A DNA stretch of 64,000 nucleotides from Clostridiales bacterium (GCA_017513085.1 JAFWDK010000003.1:32001-96000); one strand, 5' to 3'; counted from the first letter of the stretch, positions 42,578 to 52,964 are shown. Notes: a model not told the origin generated them from the sequence alone. Translations and numbers: made by a program.

Positions 42578-42593
42578 GTTAGCATATGTTTAC
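42578..42593. promoter_or_regulatory. Degenerate operator upstream of araC
   Basis: GTTAGC-ATAT-GTTTAC (2 mismatches). Confidence 0.55.
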
Positions 42594-42623
42594 TCCATTT
42601 GAACAAAAATAGCCCAAATGATA

Positions 42624-43124
42624 TCACAATAATGTACAGATCCATGCAAGGATCGCACAAGCCGGGAAAAAGCAGATCACATGGGTAATATGTGTTTTCT
42701 TGTTATATCCGAACAGGCTCCTGTTATAGACAGATCCGACTTGCGGATAGTAATGGGTAAAGAATCCGAAACCCTGATTACAAAGAAGCACCCAGTCAAA
42801 GAAGATCACATCAAATGCCTTAAGCAAAAGCAGCATGACCAGAAATCTTACGAAAAACTGCCAGAAGCTGTACTCGTGAATTATGCCATCCCATGCGCCA
42901 AGAACAACTGCACCGCCCATAAGCACCATCGAAAGTGCTGCCATAACATAGCCCACAGCGTGCTGTCCCTTAAACCGTTCCGGGACATAGTCAGGTGTCA
43001 CCTCAATGGCTTCTTTGGGCGCGGAAGAGAAAAATTTCTTGTCTTGGATAAACCCGACGCCACTCCAGAGCATCAGAAAAAGCCCTGCCATCATCATAAG
43101 TGAAAGTAAAATCGTAACTAGCAT
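42624..43124 (-). CDS. Hypothetical membrane protein (about 4 TM)
   Basis: Hydrophobic 166-aa ORF with RBS AAGGAG. Confidence 0.75.
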   Translation of the reverse strand: MLVTILLSLMMMAGLFLMLWSGVGFIQDKKFFSSAPKEAIEVTPDYVPERFKGQHAVGYVMAALSMVLMGGAVVLGAWDGIIHEYSFWQFFVRFLVMLLLLKAFDVIFFDWVLLCNQGFGFFTHYYPQVGSVYNRSLFGYNKKTHITHVICFFPACAILAWICTLL

Positions 43125-43159
43125 TTTTAAAGCTCCTTTACTATTATCCGATACACCAT

Positions 43160-43175
43160 GTTAGCATAAGCTAAC
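43160..43175. promoter_or_regulatory. Operator in a divergent promoter region
   Basis: GTTAGC-ATAA-GCTAAC. Confidence 0.85.
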
Positions 43176-43232
43176 CATTTGTGCTATAATCGGCAAGAAA
43201 AAAGTGGGAAACAGTATAGAAAGGAACGGCAC

Positions 43233-44117
43233 ATGGGTAAGGATGGCTTTGCACAATCTTTCCTGATTCGTCGTGATGGGTTTCACGGTCACTTATTTCT
43301 TCCTCATCAGGATAAATACCCGGGACTGGCTCTTCTGGTCCTCGGTGGCGGCAGTATGCCATATTCATTCACGAGAAAGGAAGCGGATGCTTTTTCCGAA
43401 GAAGGCATCTCCTCACTCGCTGTCGGCTACTTCGGTGTAAAGGATGCACCGAAAACGATCGTCCATGTACCCATCGAGTATGTGGAAAAAGCTGCCGCCT
43501 ATCTTCATGCTTTCGGATATACGAAGGTGATTGCAGTCGGGATCTCCAAAGGCTCGGAGCTGGCGCTGACCGCCGCCTCCTTTCTTCCTGACATAGACGG
43601 TGTCATTGCCTTTGCTCCATCTTGCCGGGTGTACATGGGCATCGGATCCGGAATATCCTGGGTAGATCGTTCTTCATGGACATTCCGCGGGGTCCCGCTC
43701 TCTTTTGCTTATCATCGGTCTTCCGGTATCAAGGCAGTTCTTCACAGCCTGAAAGCACGAGAACTGACCTTTCGTCCGGTATATGAAAAAGCAGATCAGG
43801 ATGCAGAAGAGGGAACCATCATCCCTGTAGAGAGAATACATGGTCCCCTACTTCTTATTGCCTCTTCACAGGATTCCCTTTGGTCCAGCGAAAATGCCTG
43901 CCGCATGATTCGTCAGAGGCTTATTGCCCAGCCATTCCGGTATCCTGTAAAAACATTGATCTATCCGTACGCTTCCCACATACTTCTTCCGTTCGAAAGC
44001 GGCTTTGAAAGATTTTTCCGGGTCGCAAGGAAACATCCGGAAGAATGCCGTCAGACGATCCTTGATGTGAGACACGAAGTATTTACATGGCTAAGAGATC
44101 TTATTCCCGATTCTTAA
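43233..44117 (+). CDS. Alpha/beta hydrolase, BAAT/acyl-CoA thioesterase-like
   Basis: GISKG nucleophile elbow, IPVERIHGP, QDSLW and YPYASH motifs. Start ATG 43233 (RBS AAAGGA). Confidence 0.85.
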   Translation: MGKDGFAQSFLIRRDGFHGHLFLPHQDKYPGLALLVLGGGSMPYSFTRKEADAFSEEGISSLAVGYFGVKDAPKTIVHVPIEYVEKAAAYLHAFGYTKVIAVGISKGSELALTAASFLPDIDGVIAFAPSCRVYMGIGSGISWVDRSSWTFRGVPLSFAYHRSSGIKAVLHSLKARELTFRPVYEKADQDAEEGTIIPVERIHGPLLLIASSQDSLWSSENACRMIRQRLIAQPFRYPVKTLIYPYASHILLPFESGFERFFRVARKHPEECRQTILDVRHEVFTWLRDLIPDS

Positions 44118-46365
44118 GTGCTTCGGTCATATCGATCTTACGGACTTGCTTTACATGGATCGCATTTGTAATCAGACAGGTGGCCGTACCAAGCACAACA
44201 ATGATTGCAAGAACCAGTGGTGTCACCCGGAAGTAGAAGTATCCGCTCATCGAATTAAGCATACCCGGCCAGAGCTTGCCGATCAGGAAATACTGAAGAG
44301 GCAGGAACACGATCACAGATAGAATAATGATCCATTGTGTCTGAGACAGGTAAAGCTTATTCACTTCTTTATTCCGGTACCCAAAAACTTTCAAAAGCGA
44401 AATATTCAGTGCATTTTTTTCAATAACCATTTTGGTAAGCATAAACATAACGATAACATAGCAGATGATTCCTACTGCAGTTAACATCACAATGAGTGAG
44501 GCCATAAGCGTCTTCATCTGTTTCGCGCTGTCCGCCACCTTCTCTTTCGTGACAACAGTTGATATGAAACGTTCATCGATCCCCTGGATCTCACTGTCAG
44601 AAAAAACAGTATTATAATATCCTTCGCCTTTTTCCAGATACGCATTCAGCGTATCCTGTGAAGTAAAAGCATATACTCCCAGTTCGAAGTCAACGATTTT
44701 CAAAACTTTAGCGTTCCATGTATGAAGTGTCAGTTTGTTGCTGATTTCGATGGTATCTCCGGTATGTATACCGATTTTGGCTGCCATAATATCGGAAATG
44801 ATGATCTCATCTTTCGAAAGCGAGGCGACATCTATACTTTGCAAATACTTTGAATCACTGCTGATGCCAAGGACATTCACCGGAAGCATTCTGCCATTGT
44901 ACTCTGTCTCATAGGTGCTGATCGTATCTTTTTCCACATCGGACGGAAGGACAGACGGATCCGGAAGCGGTGATTTCAGAACATATTGATACTCTGCTAC
45001 TGCGGAACCCGGAAGGGTATCGATGTATTTATCAAAGGAGGATCGCATGCCCACGCCGAACATGCAAAGGAGTCCAGCGAGGAAAACACCAATGATCAGG
45101 GAGATATACTGTCCCTTGCTTCTTACGACTGTACGGACACGGAAACGGTTGAGGAAACCGAGTTTTTTCATCTCATGAGCATTCTTCACCCGCTTCTCTT
45201 TTTTCGTATCTTTTCGGATCAGGCGAAGCGGAGTAAGGTTGAGTTTTTTCCCGAAAACGATCAGGTTAATAAGGATCACAGAAAGGATCGGGAACCCGAT
45301 CATGAGGGCCATTCTGACCGGATCGATCGTATAAAGCATTTTCGGGACCACATAATAGGCATATACACTTTCCAGAGGAATCTTATAGACGAATGTTAAG
45401 GCAAGAAGAAGACCTATACCGGTAGAGATAAGGGTAACCAGAACCGGAATCGTCAGATAATGACGCAGGATCGATTTCTTCTTATATCCAGTGGCAATCA
45501 GAACTCCGACAAAAGAACACTCGTCTTCGAATGTATGGACCGATACAAGTGCGAAAAGGAAGGCAACGATCACCATTGAAAGGAGCATAAAATAGGTCGA
45601 CATATTAATATTCAGTTCCAATTTGGAGATCAGATTATTCACTCTGTTGTTATCTCCGATTGCACAGAAGTCAGTCAGAATACCCTTATCCCCGAGTTTT
45701 TTGATGATTTCCCGGTTCTCCTGGTTGACTTCTTCTCTGGACAGTTCATTTTTGAACTTATATGCATACTGGTAGATCATGCTCTCTTCATCCAGTTTGG
45801 AGAAAAAACCGTCGCTGACGATTGCGACACCGAAGACTTCACGGTCCGCCAGAAGATCACCCAGTTCCCTGAAGCTGACGATATATTCAGGAAGTCCGAT
45901 AATACCCGAAACTTCCATTTCCTCTGTTCCGACTTGAAAATGGTCACCGAGTTTCAGATCATGCGTTTCTGCATAGAGACGATCCAGTGCAATCTCCTTA
46001 TCACTGTCCGGAAAGCTTCCTTCCAACAGGAACGGAACATCAATGGAATTCCGCATCCGAAACACACGGATATCCGACTCTTCCACAGAAGGAAGATCAA
46101 CATACGGCTGATATTCGAGTTCGAGAGTATCCCCTAACAGACCAGAAACCTCAGATTGATCCATCGGTACAGCAAGTGAGAAGAAACCGTCTTCCAGACC
46201 ATTCTTATCTTTCATATCATGAAAAGCCGCCCGGATCCCCTGATTTCCGACCACATAGGCAGCACAAAGGCAGATCACAAGTATAATGAACAGTGCGATT
46301 CCCCCATAGATTCCGATGTTTCTTTTAAAGAAACGGGGAAGTCTTTTCTTAAGAACATTTCTCAT
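44101..46365 (-). CDS. FtsX/MacB-like ABC permease, paralog of 38495-40729
   Basis: GVLIATGY and ISLLKVFGY motifs; same architecture and similar C-terminus (EALKNRE). Confidence 0.88.
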   Translation of the reverse strand: MRNVLKKRLPRFFKRNIGIYGGIALFIILVICLCAAYVVGNQGIRAAFHDMKDKNGLEDGFFSLAVPMDQSEVSGLLGDTLELEYQPYVDLPSVEESDIRVFRMRNSIDVPFLLEGSFPDSDKEIALDRLYAETHDLKLGDHFQVGTEEMEVSGIIGLPEYIVSFRELGDLLADREVFGVAIVSDGFFSKLDEESMIYQYAYKFKNELSREEVNQENREIIKKLGDKGILTDFCAIGDNNRVNNLISKLELNINMSTYFMLLSMVIVAFLFALVSVHTFEDECSFVGVLIATGYKKKSILRHYLTIPVLVTLISTGIGLLLALTFVYKIPLESVYAYYVVPKMLYTIDPVRMALMIGFPILSVILINLIVFGKKLNLTPLRLIRKDTKKEKRVKNAHEMKKLGFLNRFRVRTVVRSKGQYISLIIGVFLAGLLCMFGVGMRSSFDKYIDTLPGSAVAEYQYVLKSPLPDPSVLPSDVEKDTISTYETEYNGRMLPVNVLGISSDSKYLQSIDVASLSKDEIIISDIMAAKIGIHTGDTIEISNKLTLHTWNAKVLKIVDFELGVYAFTSQDTLNAYLEKGEGYYNTVFSDSEIQGIDERFISTVVTKEKVADSAKQMKTLMASLIVMLTAVGIICYVIVMFMLTKMVIEKNALNISLLKVFGYRNKEVNKLYLSQTQWIIILSVIVFLPLQYFLIGKLWPGMLNSMSGYFYFRVTPLVLAIIVVLGTATCLITNAIHVKQVRKIDMTEALKNRE

Positions 46366-46386
46366 AATGACACCTCTTCCCCTCTC

Positions 46387-47085
46387 TTACCAGACCAGAT
46401 CCTTAGCACAGATCTTTGCCTTATTCACTTCATCCTTCGTAATACGGCCGTCTTTTAAGTGGATGATCCGGTCAGACATCCGGCTGATCGCTTCGTTATG
46501 TGTTACGATCAGGATCGTCGTATTATATTCGTGATTAACTCTCTCAAGGAGCTCCAAGATCTCCTTGGATGTATCATAGTCCAGAGCTCCGGTCGGCTCA
46601 TCACAAAGAAGCAGTGTCGGAGCCTTAACCAGTGCTCTTCCAATTGATGTTCTCTGTTGCTGTCCTCCGGAAAGCTGTCTCGGATACTTATTCTGATGCT
46701 CTTTCAAGCCCAGATCCTTCAGTAGTTTCTGGATGTCCAGAGATTTCTTTCCCAGGAAACCGCAAACTTCGATATTCTCTTTGACTGTCAGATCCGGGAT
46801 CAGGTTATAAAACTGGAACACAAAGCCCAAGTGATCTCTTCGGTACTCCAGAAGACCGTCCTTATCATCCAGTTCGATTTTCTTGCCATTGATACGGATC
46901 TCTCCGGATGTGAGTGTATCGATACCGCCAATCAGATTAAGAAGTGTTGACTTACCTGCACCGGATGGTCCGAGGACCGTGCAGACCTCCCCTTTTTCAA
47001 GCTGAAAGTTCAGGCCCTTCAATACATGGACAACATTCTCACCAATCCCATAGTCCTTCTTTAAATCCTTTACTTCTACAAACAT
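46387..47085 (-). CDS. ABC ATPase (LolD/MacB type)
   Basis: GPSGAGKS, GFVFQFYNL, LSGGQQQR and CDEPTGALD motifs. Confidence 0.92.
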   Translation of the reverse strand: MFVEVKDLKKDYGIGENVVHVLKGLNFQLEKGEVCTVLGPSGAGKSTLLNLIGGIDTLTSGEIRINGKKIELDDKDGLLEYRRDHLGFVFQFYNLIPDLTVKENIEVCGFLGKKSLDIQKLLKDLGLKEHQNKYPRQLSGGQQQRTSIGRALVKAPTLLLCDEPTGALDYDTSKEILELLERVNHEYNTTILIVTHNEAISRMSDRIIHLKDGRITKDEVNKAKICAKDLVW

Positions 47086-47185
47086 TTTCCGTACATCCTT
47101 TCTGTGTTTTTTCGCGCACTATACCCGGGGAAGGTGTTTTTCTCGTTGCCTTTCCCTGTATAGTGTTTCTTTATCTGTTTTTTTC

Positions 47186-48925
47186 TTATTCGGCGATCTT
47201 CCAGGAAGCAGCCTCTTGCCTGTCGTGAATAAACTGCTTATAGATGCCCTCTGCTTTCACAAGTTCCTCATGACTTCCATGCTGGACGATCCGCCCGTCA
47301 TCGATCACAAAGATCTGATCAGCGTGGCGCACAGTCTTTAGGCGGTGCGCAATCATGATGATCGTCTTCTCCCTTGTCAGTTCCTCGATGGCCGATGTGA
47401 GCTCTGCTTCATTTTCCGGATCCACATTCGCCGTTGCTTCATCGAGAATGATGATCGGTGAATCTTTCAGGATCGCTCTTGCAATGGAGATACGCTGCTT
47501 CTCACCTCCGGAAAGACTGGCTCCACCTTCTCCGATCACAGTATCATATCCATCCGGCAGAGTTCTTATGAAATCATCGCAACGGGCTTTTTTCGCAGCA
47601 GCAATCACTTCGTTCATACTTGCATCGGGTTTGCCGAAACGGATGTTATTGGCGATCGTATCTTCGAAAAGATATACTCTCTGAAATACGAAACTGAAGT
47701 TTCTCATCAGCGAATCGAAGCTATAGTCTTTCACGTTTCTTCCACCTAATTTGACTGCACCTTCATCCACATCCCAGAAACGGGCAAGAAGATTGCACAG
47801 TGTCGTCTTTCCGCCTCCGGAAGGGCCGACGAATGCGGTAGTCGTCTTCTCCGGGATCGTAAGAGAAACATCGTTGATGATCTTCTTTTTGTCATATGAA
47901 AAACCGATATGCTCGACTGTGATCGAATGATCCTTCGGAGTGATCTCCTCCCCGTCAATATCCATCGGCGGCATGTCCATGATCTCTTTTGCCTTGGTAA
48001 CGGCAATGTTGATATTCCGCATCAGCGCAGAGAATATACCCATGATCTCAAGGCTTTCATATACCATAAAGGAAGAGATCATCATCATGATGCAGTAAAG
48101 AAGGGACATACTTCCATCAAAATAGAACTTCAACGATGCTATACACATCAGAACACCGGTGAGTTTAGTTGTTAACCCCTGAAGGAAGACATGAGGCATG
48201 ACACAGAACTCCAGTTTAGTATCCGTCTTCACCTTGCCTGCTATGGCTTTTTCCAGTTTCTTTGCTGTCTTATCCGTGAGATTATAGTTTTTTACCTCTG
48301 CAATCCCCTGAACATATTCGATCACTGCGGTAACGATTGCTTCATCCGCCTCATGCTTCATCGGCGCTACGGTCTTCGTACTTCTCTGCATAAACGTATT
48401 CCAAAGAATAAATACCACAATACCGGCAAGAAGGATCAGGCCGATCCTCCAGTCGAAGGCAAATACAAAAGCAGCGATCACAGCAGTGGTAAGAATTCCC
48501 TGCGAGACGACCATTACGATACGTGTTGCAATATCCGAGAGGCTTTCCATGACATTGGTCGTAACATTCGTGATGGAACCAAGACTGTTATGATTGAAGA
48601 ATCCCATCGGCAGATAGCGGAGATGTTCGGCGATCTCTATGCGTTTATGAGCACAGGAATGGTAGCCGGCCTCTGTCTGAAGCATCGTGATTTTCAGTCC
48701 GATCAGGATCTGACCGATCACGGATACCAGCATGATGCCTAAGGAAAGAAGGATCCTTCGGTTCGTCATGTCATCTTCGATCACCCCTTGTGCGAAAACG
48801 GCAACAGCAGAAATCCGAAGGGCCGCAAACACGGCTTTCACCACACTGAGAACAATGGCCAGATAAAGTTTCTTTCTATCTCCTTCATTACAAAAATCGA
48901 AGAATTTTCTAAGTGTCGAAAACAT
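47186..48925 (-). CDS. YbtQ/IrtB-like ABC half-transporter
   Basis: IAEHLRYLPMGFF, GPSGGGKT and LSGGEKQR motifs. Confidence 0.88.
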   Translation of the reverse strand: MFSTLRKFFDFCNEGDRKKLYLAIVLSVVKAVFAALRISAVAVFAQGVIEDDMTNRRILLSLGIMLVSVIGQILIGLKITMLQTEAGYHSCAHKRIEIAEHLRYLPMGFFNHNSLGSITNVTTNVMESLSDIATRIVMVVSQGILTTAVIAAFVFAFDWRIGLILLAGIVVFILWNTFMQRSTKTVAPMKHEADEAIVTAVIEYVQGIAEVKNYNLTDKTAKKLEKAIAGKVKTDTKLEFCVMPHVFLQGLTTKLTGVLMCIASLKFYFDGSMSLLYCIMMMISSFMVYESLEIMGIFSALMRNINIAVTKAKEIMDMPPMDIDGEEITPKDHSITVEHIGFSYDKKKIINDVSLTIPEKTTTAFVGPSGGGKTTLCNLLARFWDVDEGAVKLGGRNVKDYSFDSLMRNFSFVFQRVYLFEDTIANNIRFGKPDASMNEVIAAAKKARCDDFIRTLPDGYDTVIGEGGASLSGGEKQRISIARAILKDSPIIILDEATANVDPENEAELTSAIEELTREKTIIMIAHRLKTVRHADQIFVIDDGRIVQHGSHEELVKAEGIYKQFIHDRQEAASWKIAE

Positions 48926-48926
48926 C

Positions 48927-50687
48927 TCATTCCACCTCCTTTGAAAGAATATGGGCATCCCACATCTTACGGTACAGTCCGCTTTCACGGAGAAGTTCTT
49001 CCTGTTTACCGCATGCTTCGATGCTGCCCTGGTTCACAAGGATGATATTGTCTGCCGAAGCGATCGTAGAAAGGCGGTGCGCGATAACGATCAGCGTTTT
49101 CCCCCGGACCAGTTTCGCTACGCTCTTTTGTACCAGTGCTTCATTCTCCGGGTCTGTATAGGCCGTTGCTTCGTCAAGTATCACGACCGGAGCATCTTTC
49201 AGCATCGCACGCGCAATGGAGATCCTCTGGCGCTCTCCGCCGGACAGATGAGATCCGGCACCGCCGCAAATCGTCTGATATCCGTCTTCAAGACGCATAA
49301 TGAAATCATGGCATCCGCATCTTTTCGCAGCATCAATTACCTGCTCATCTGTCGCTCCGGGATGACCCATACGGATATTTTCCATGACTGTTTCATCAAA
49401 AAGATAGTTATCCTGTGAAACATACGCAATGTTCTGATTGTATACATCCAGCGGGATCTTACGGATATCTACTCCACCGAGAAGAATCGCGCCTTCATTT
49501 ACATCCCAGAAAGAAGCGATGAGCTTGGCGATCGTCGACTTTCCCGATCCCGAAGGGCCGACCAGTGCATTGACTGTGCCTTCTTTGATATGAAGGTTTA
49601 CACCGTGAAGCACTTCTTCTTTTTCATAGGCAAAATGGACATTTTTCAGTTCGATATCATAACCTTCGGGAAGTTCGGATACTTTATCCGGACGTTCCAG
49701 TTCCGGTTTGACGATAATGGATGTCGCCTCGCCGATAATTACCTGACATTTCTTCAGATCATCCAGATAATTGGCAATGACCAGAAATGGTGATACCAGA
49801 CCAAGGGCAAGAATGATCAGCATAAAAGCATCACTTCCGCTGACCCATCCGCGGCTATAGAACCATCCCGCAAAAGGAACCAGAGAAAGAAGCTGCGCAG
49901 GAAGCATCGTCAGCGCCACATTCTGATACACGTTGCAGCTTCTCATCCACTCTATAAAACAGTCCGCGCCTTCCTTCGCCGCCGTGACAAACTTGGCGTA
50001 AGAGGTCTTTGCTTTACCGAAAGCCTTGATCACTTCGATACCGTTTATATACTCGACAGCAGTATCATTCAGCGCTTTTGTCTTATCAATGGTATTCTGG
50101 AAACGCTCTCCGGCACCGATAAATTCAAAACTGAAGAAAAGAGCACCAATCGGAAGTGAAAGGAGAGAAAGAAGCGCGAGTTTCCAGTTGATCGTCAGCA
50201 TATATACGAAGACGACGATCGGGATCAGGAGATTCGAGGTCACTTCCGGAAGAATATGTGCCATAGTTGTCTCCACTGAATCGACACGCTCGATAATGAT
50301 GTTCTTATATGTTCCGGACGATTCAGAAAGAACGTCTCCGAGTGGCATCTTCGCCATATGCTTCGTTATCCTTCTTCGGATATTCCCGAGTACTTCAAAG
50401 GTCGCTCTATGAGAGAGCGCTGTTGAGATCGTATGCATCAGTCGGTTCAGTACCCAGCAGATCGCAACAAAGAGCAGCTGACGATAGCAGAATGTGCTAT
50501 CCGCATTTCCGGAAAGGAGTTCTTTGACGATCCTACCGATAAAAATATATGGCAAAAAGCCAAAAGCAACGCTGAGTATAGCAAGTACTATACTTGCGAC
50601 ATAATAACTTTTCTTTGTCCCGGCAAATTCCACGACCCAGCTTACCGTTGACCTTGGTTTTACCTTTGATGTGTTTTTTTCCATCAC
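48927..50687 (-). CDS. YbtP/IrtA-like ABC half-transporter
   Basis: SHRATF, AHILPE, VEYINGIEVIKAF, GPSGSGKS and LSGGERQR motifs. Confidence 0.88.
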   Translation of the reverse strand: MMEKNTSKVKPRSTVSWVVEFAGTKKSYYVASIVLAILSVAFGFLPYIFIGRIVKELLSGNADSTFCYRQLLFVAICWVLNRLMHTISTALSHRATFEVLGNIRRRITKHMAKMPLGDVLSESSGTYKNIIIERVDSVETTMAHILPEVTSNLLIPIVVFVYMLTINWKLALLSLLSLPIGALFFSFEFIGAGERFQNTIDKTKALNDTAVEYINGIEVIKAFGKAKTSYAKFVTAAKEGADCFIEWMRSCNVYQNVALTMLPAQLLSLVPFAGWFYSRGWVSGSDAFMLIILALGLVSPFLVIANYLDDLKKCQVIIGEATSIIVKPELERPDKVSELPEGYDIELKNVHFAYEKEEVLHGVNLHIKEGTVNALVGPSGSGKSTIAKLIASFWDVNEGAILLGGVDIRKIPLDVYNQNIAYVSQDNYLFDETVMENIRMGHPGATDEQVIDAAKRCGCHDFIMRLEDGYQTICGGAGSHLSGGERQRISIARAMLKDAPVVILDEATAYTDPENEALVQKSVAKLVRGKTLIVIAHRLSTIASADNIILVNQGSIEACGKQEELLRESGLYRKMWDAHILSKEVE

Positions 50688-50756
50688 TCACCCCTCCTTG
50701 TCTTATCTCAACCGGCAGATGGAATACCGGAGAGAAAATCTGGTGAACATTATGTG

Positions 50757-50772
50757 GTTAGCGTACGCTAAC
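50757..50772. promoter_or_regulatory. GTTAGC-N4-GCTAAC operator
   Basis: GTTAGC-GTAC-GCTAAC, a perfect palindrome. Confidence 0.85.
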
Positions 50773-50780
50773 TGCTGTAC

Positions 50781-50810
50781 AAAAAGAAAAGCGACCAGGT
50801 CGCTTCTTTT
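50781..50810 (-). terminator. Terminator after the second tetR
   Basis: AAGCGACC-A-GGTCGCTT flanked by A and T runs. Confidence 0.6.
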
Positions 50811-50814
50811 GTTT

Positions 50815-51429
50815 TCAGAAACCAAGCACCGCCCGCCATCCGGGGATGAAGAATTTCTCAAGAGTCTTCGCATAGTGCATCGCCTGCTCTTTGGTGAAAT
50901 CATGTTCTACCGCCGCTACAACTGCATCGATGTTCATAGTCACCAAAAGATGCATCTCCTCATCTGAAACCTCATTGACCGTGAATCCATTCTTCCTCGC
51001 ATTCGCTATATATTCATGGGTATTTTTTTCTTCCATAAGAGCAATATCATGAACGAAATTGGCATACCTTGTTCCCTGGGAAGAGCAGATGATCAGTTTA
51101 AATGCATCAAGGTGCGAATAGATATAATCCAGCATGATCGAAGTGGAAGAAGAATCTTCCCACACGCGCGTTGTTTCCGGAAGATTCAGTGTCTCATTTT
51201 CTTTCTTTGCCAGATCATCGTACAAAAGCATCATGCCGTCGATAGCCGGATCCACAAGTGCCGAAAACATCTCTTCTTTACTCTCGAAATGTTTGTAAAG
51301 ACCGGATGCACTCATTCCGGCAGCAGAAGCGATCCTGCGCATAGATGCGTCCATAAAACCGTATGTACGAAACTCTTCGTATGCCGCTTTCATGATCAGA
51401 TCGTGATGTGCTTTCTTATCGCGAACCAT
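50815..51429 (-). CDS. TetR/AcrR family regulator
   Basis: EEFRTYGFMDASMRRIASAAGMSASGLYKHF HTH; paralog of 30779-31396. Confidence 0.9.
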   Translation of the reverse strand: MVRDKKAHHDLIMKAAYEEFRTYGFMDASMRRIASAAGMSASGLYKHFESKEEMFSALVDPAIDGMMLLYDDLAKKENETLNLPETTRVWEDSSSTSIMLDYIYSHLDAFKLIICSSQGTRYANFVHDIALMEEKNTHEYIANARKNGFTVNEVSDEEMHLLVTMNIDAVVAAVEHDFTKEQAMHYAKTLEKFFIPGWRAVLGF

Positions 51430-51458
51430 TTATCTTCCTTTCCAGATATTCAAAACAT

Positions 51459-51518
51459 ATTTAGCGAACAGTGTTTACTAACCGTAGTTAGAGTACACCG
51501 TTCGCTAAATCTTGTCAA
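51459..51518 (-). promoter_or_regulatory. tetR promoter with paired inverted operators (probable autoregulation)
   Basis: TTGACA(51518-51513)-N17-TACTCT(51495-51490), overlapped by IR ATTTAGCGAAC...GTTCGCTAAAT. Confidence 0.65.
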
Positions 51519-51546
51519 CATGTTTTTTTCTTCTTTCAGGAAATCA

Positions 51547-51595
51547 TTGACGGATTTGGATGAACCCGATAAGATTGTAGTTAGCATACACTAAC
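51547..51595 (+). promoter_or_regulatory. xylA promoter with an operator at the start site
   Basis: TTGACG(51547)-N17-TAAGAT(51570); GTTAGC-ATAC-ACTAAC at 51580. Confidence 0.75.
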
Positions 51596-51635
51596 TCGTT
51601 GTGCAAATTCACTATTATAAAATGGAGGTATCACT

Positions 51636-52964
51636 ATGAGTGAAATTTTTAAGGGTATCCCTCAGATCAAGTATGAAGGACCAGAAAGCAAGAATCCGAT
51701 GGCATTTAAGTACTATGATCCTGACCGAGTCGTTCTGGGAAAGAAAATGAGCGAGCAGCTTCCGTTTGCTATGGCATGGTGGCATAACCTTTGTGCCAAT
51801 GGCGTAGATATGTTCGGACGCGGCACGGCAGACAAACGCTTCGGGGCTGAGACTGAAGGAACAATGGAGCACGCCAAGGCGAAAGTAGACGCCGGTATCG
51901 AGTTCATGAAGAAACTCGGCATTAAATACTTCTGCTTCCATGATGTCGATCTCGTTCCGGAAGCGGATGATATTAACGAAACCAACAAAAGACTGGATGA
52001 GATCACGGATTATATCCTTGAGAAGACTTCCGGTACCGACATTAAGTGTCTCTGGGGTACAGCCAACATGTTCAGTAATCCCCGTTTCATGAATGGCGCC
52101 GGTAGTACAAATGATCTGGATGTTTATTGCTTTGCCGCAGCGCAGGTCAAGAAAGCCATCGAACTTACTGTAAAGCTCGGCGGACGAGGATACGTTTTCT
52201 GGGGTGGCCGCGAAGGCTACGAGACCCTTCTGAATACCAAGGTCAAATTCGAGCAGGAGAACATCGCCAACCTGATGAAAATGGCCAGAGATTATGGAAG
52301 AAAAATCGGATTTACCGGGACTTTCCTGATCGAACCGAAGCCGAAAGAGCCGATGAAGCACCAGTATGACTTCGATGCGGCAACAGCGATCGGATTCCTG
52401 AAAGAATACGGCCTGGACAAGGACTTCATGATGAATATTGAAGCGAATCACGCAACTCTGGCAGGTCATACATTCCAGCATGAACTTCGTATCAGCCGCA
52501 TCAACAACATGCTCGGTTCCATCGATGCGAACCAGGGCGATATCATGCTGGGCTGGGATACGGACTGCTTCCCGAGCAACGTATATGACACGACACTTGC
52601 TATGTATGAGATCCTGAAGAATGGCGGCCTTCCGGTCGGCATCAACTTCGACTCGAAGAACAGACGTCCGAGCAATACCTATGAGGATATGTTCTATGCG
52701 TTCATTCTGGGTATGGATTCCTTTGCTTATGGTCTTCTGAAGGCTGCAGAGATGATCGAGGACGGCCGCCTCGAGAAGAATATCGAAGAACGTTACGCTT
52801 CCTTCTCTTCCGAACTCGGACAGAAAGTAAGATCCGGAGAGTCCACGCTTGAAGAACTGGCAGCAAGAGCTGCCGAACTGAAGGCTCCTCAGAATCCTGT
52901 ATCCGGTAAACAGGAATACCTCGAGGGTGTTCTCAATAATATTATTCTATCGAATAACGATTGA
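51636..52964 (+). CDS. xylA: Xylose isomerase (class II)
   Basis: FHDVD, FWGGREG, IEPKPKEP, NIEANH, GWDTD and NFD motifs. Confidence 0.96.
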   Translation: MSEIFKGIPQIKYEGPESKNPMAFKYYDPDRVVLGKKMSEQLPFAMAWWHNLCANGVDMFGRGTADKRFGAETEGTMEHAKAKVDAGIEFMKKLGIKYFCFHDVDLVPEADDINETNKRLDEITDYILEKTSGTDIKCLWGTANMFSNPRFMNGAGSTNDLDVYCFAAAQVKKAIELTVKLGGRGYVFWGGREGYETLLNTKVKFEQENIANLMKMARDYGRKIGFTGTFLIEPKPKEPMKHQYDFDAATAIGFLKEYGLDKDFMMNIEANHATLAGHTFQHELRISRINNMLGSIDANQGDIMLGWDTDCFPSNVYDTTLAMYEILKNGGLPVGINFDSKNRRPSNTYEDMFYAFILGMDSFAYGLLKAAEMIEDGRLEKNIEERYASFSSELGQKVRSGESTLEELAARAAELKAPQNPVSGKQEYLEGVLNNIILSNND

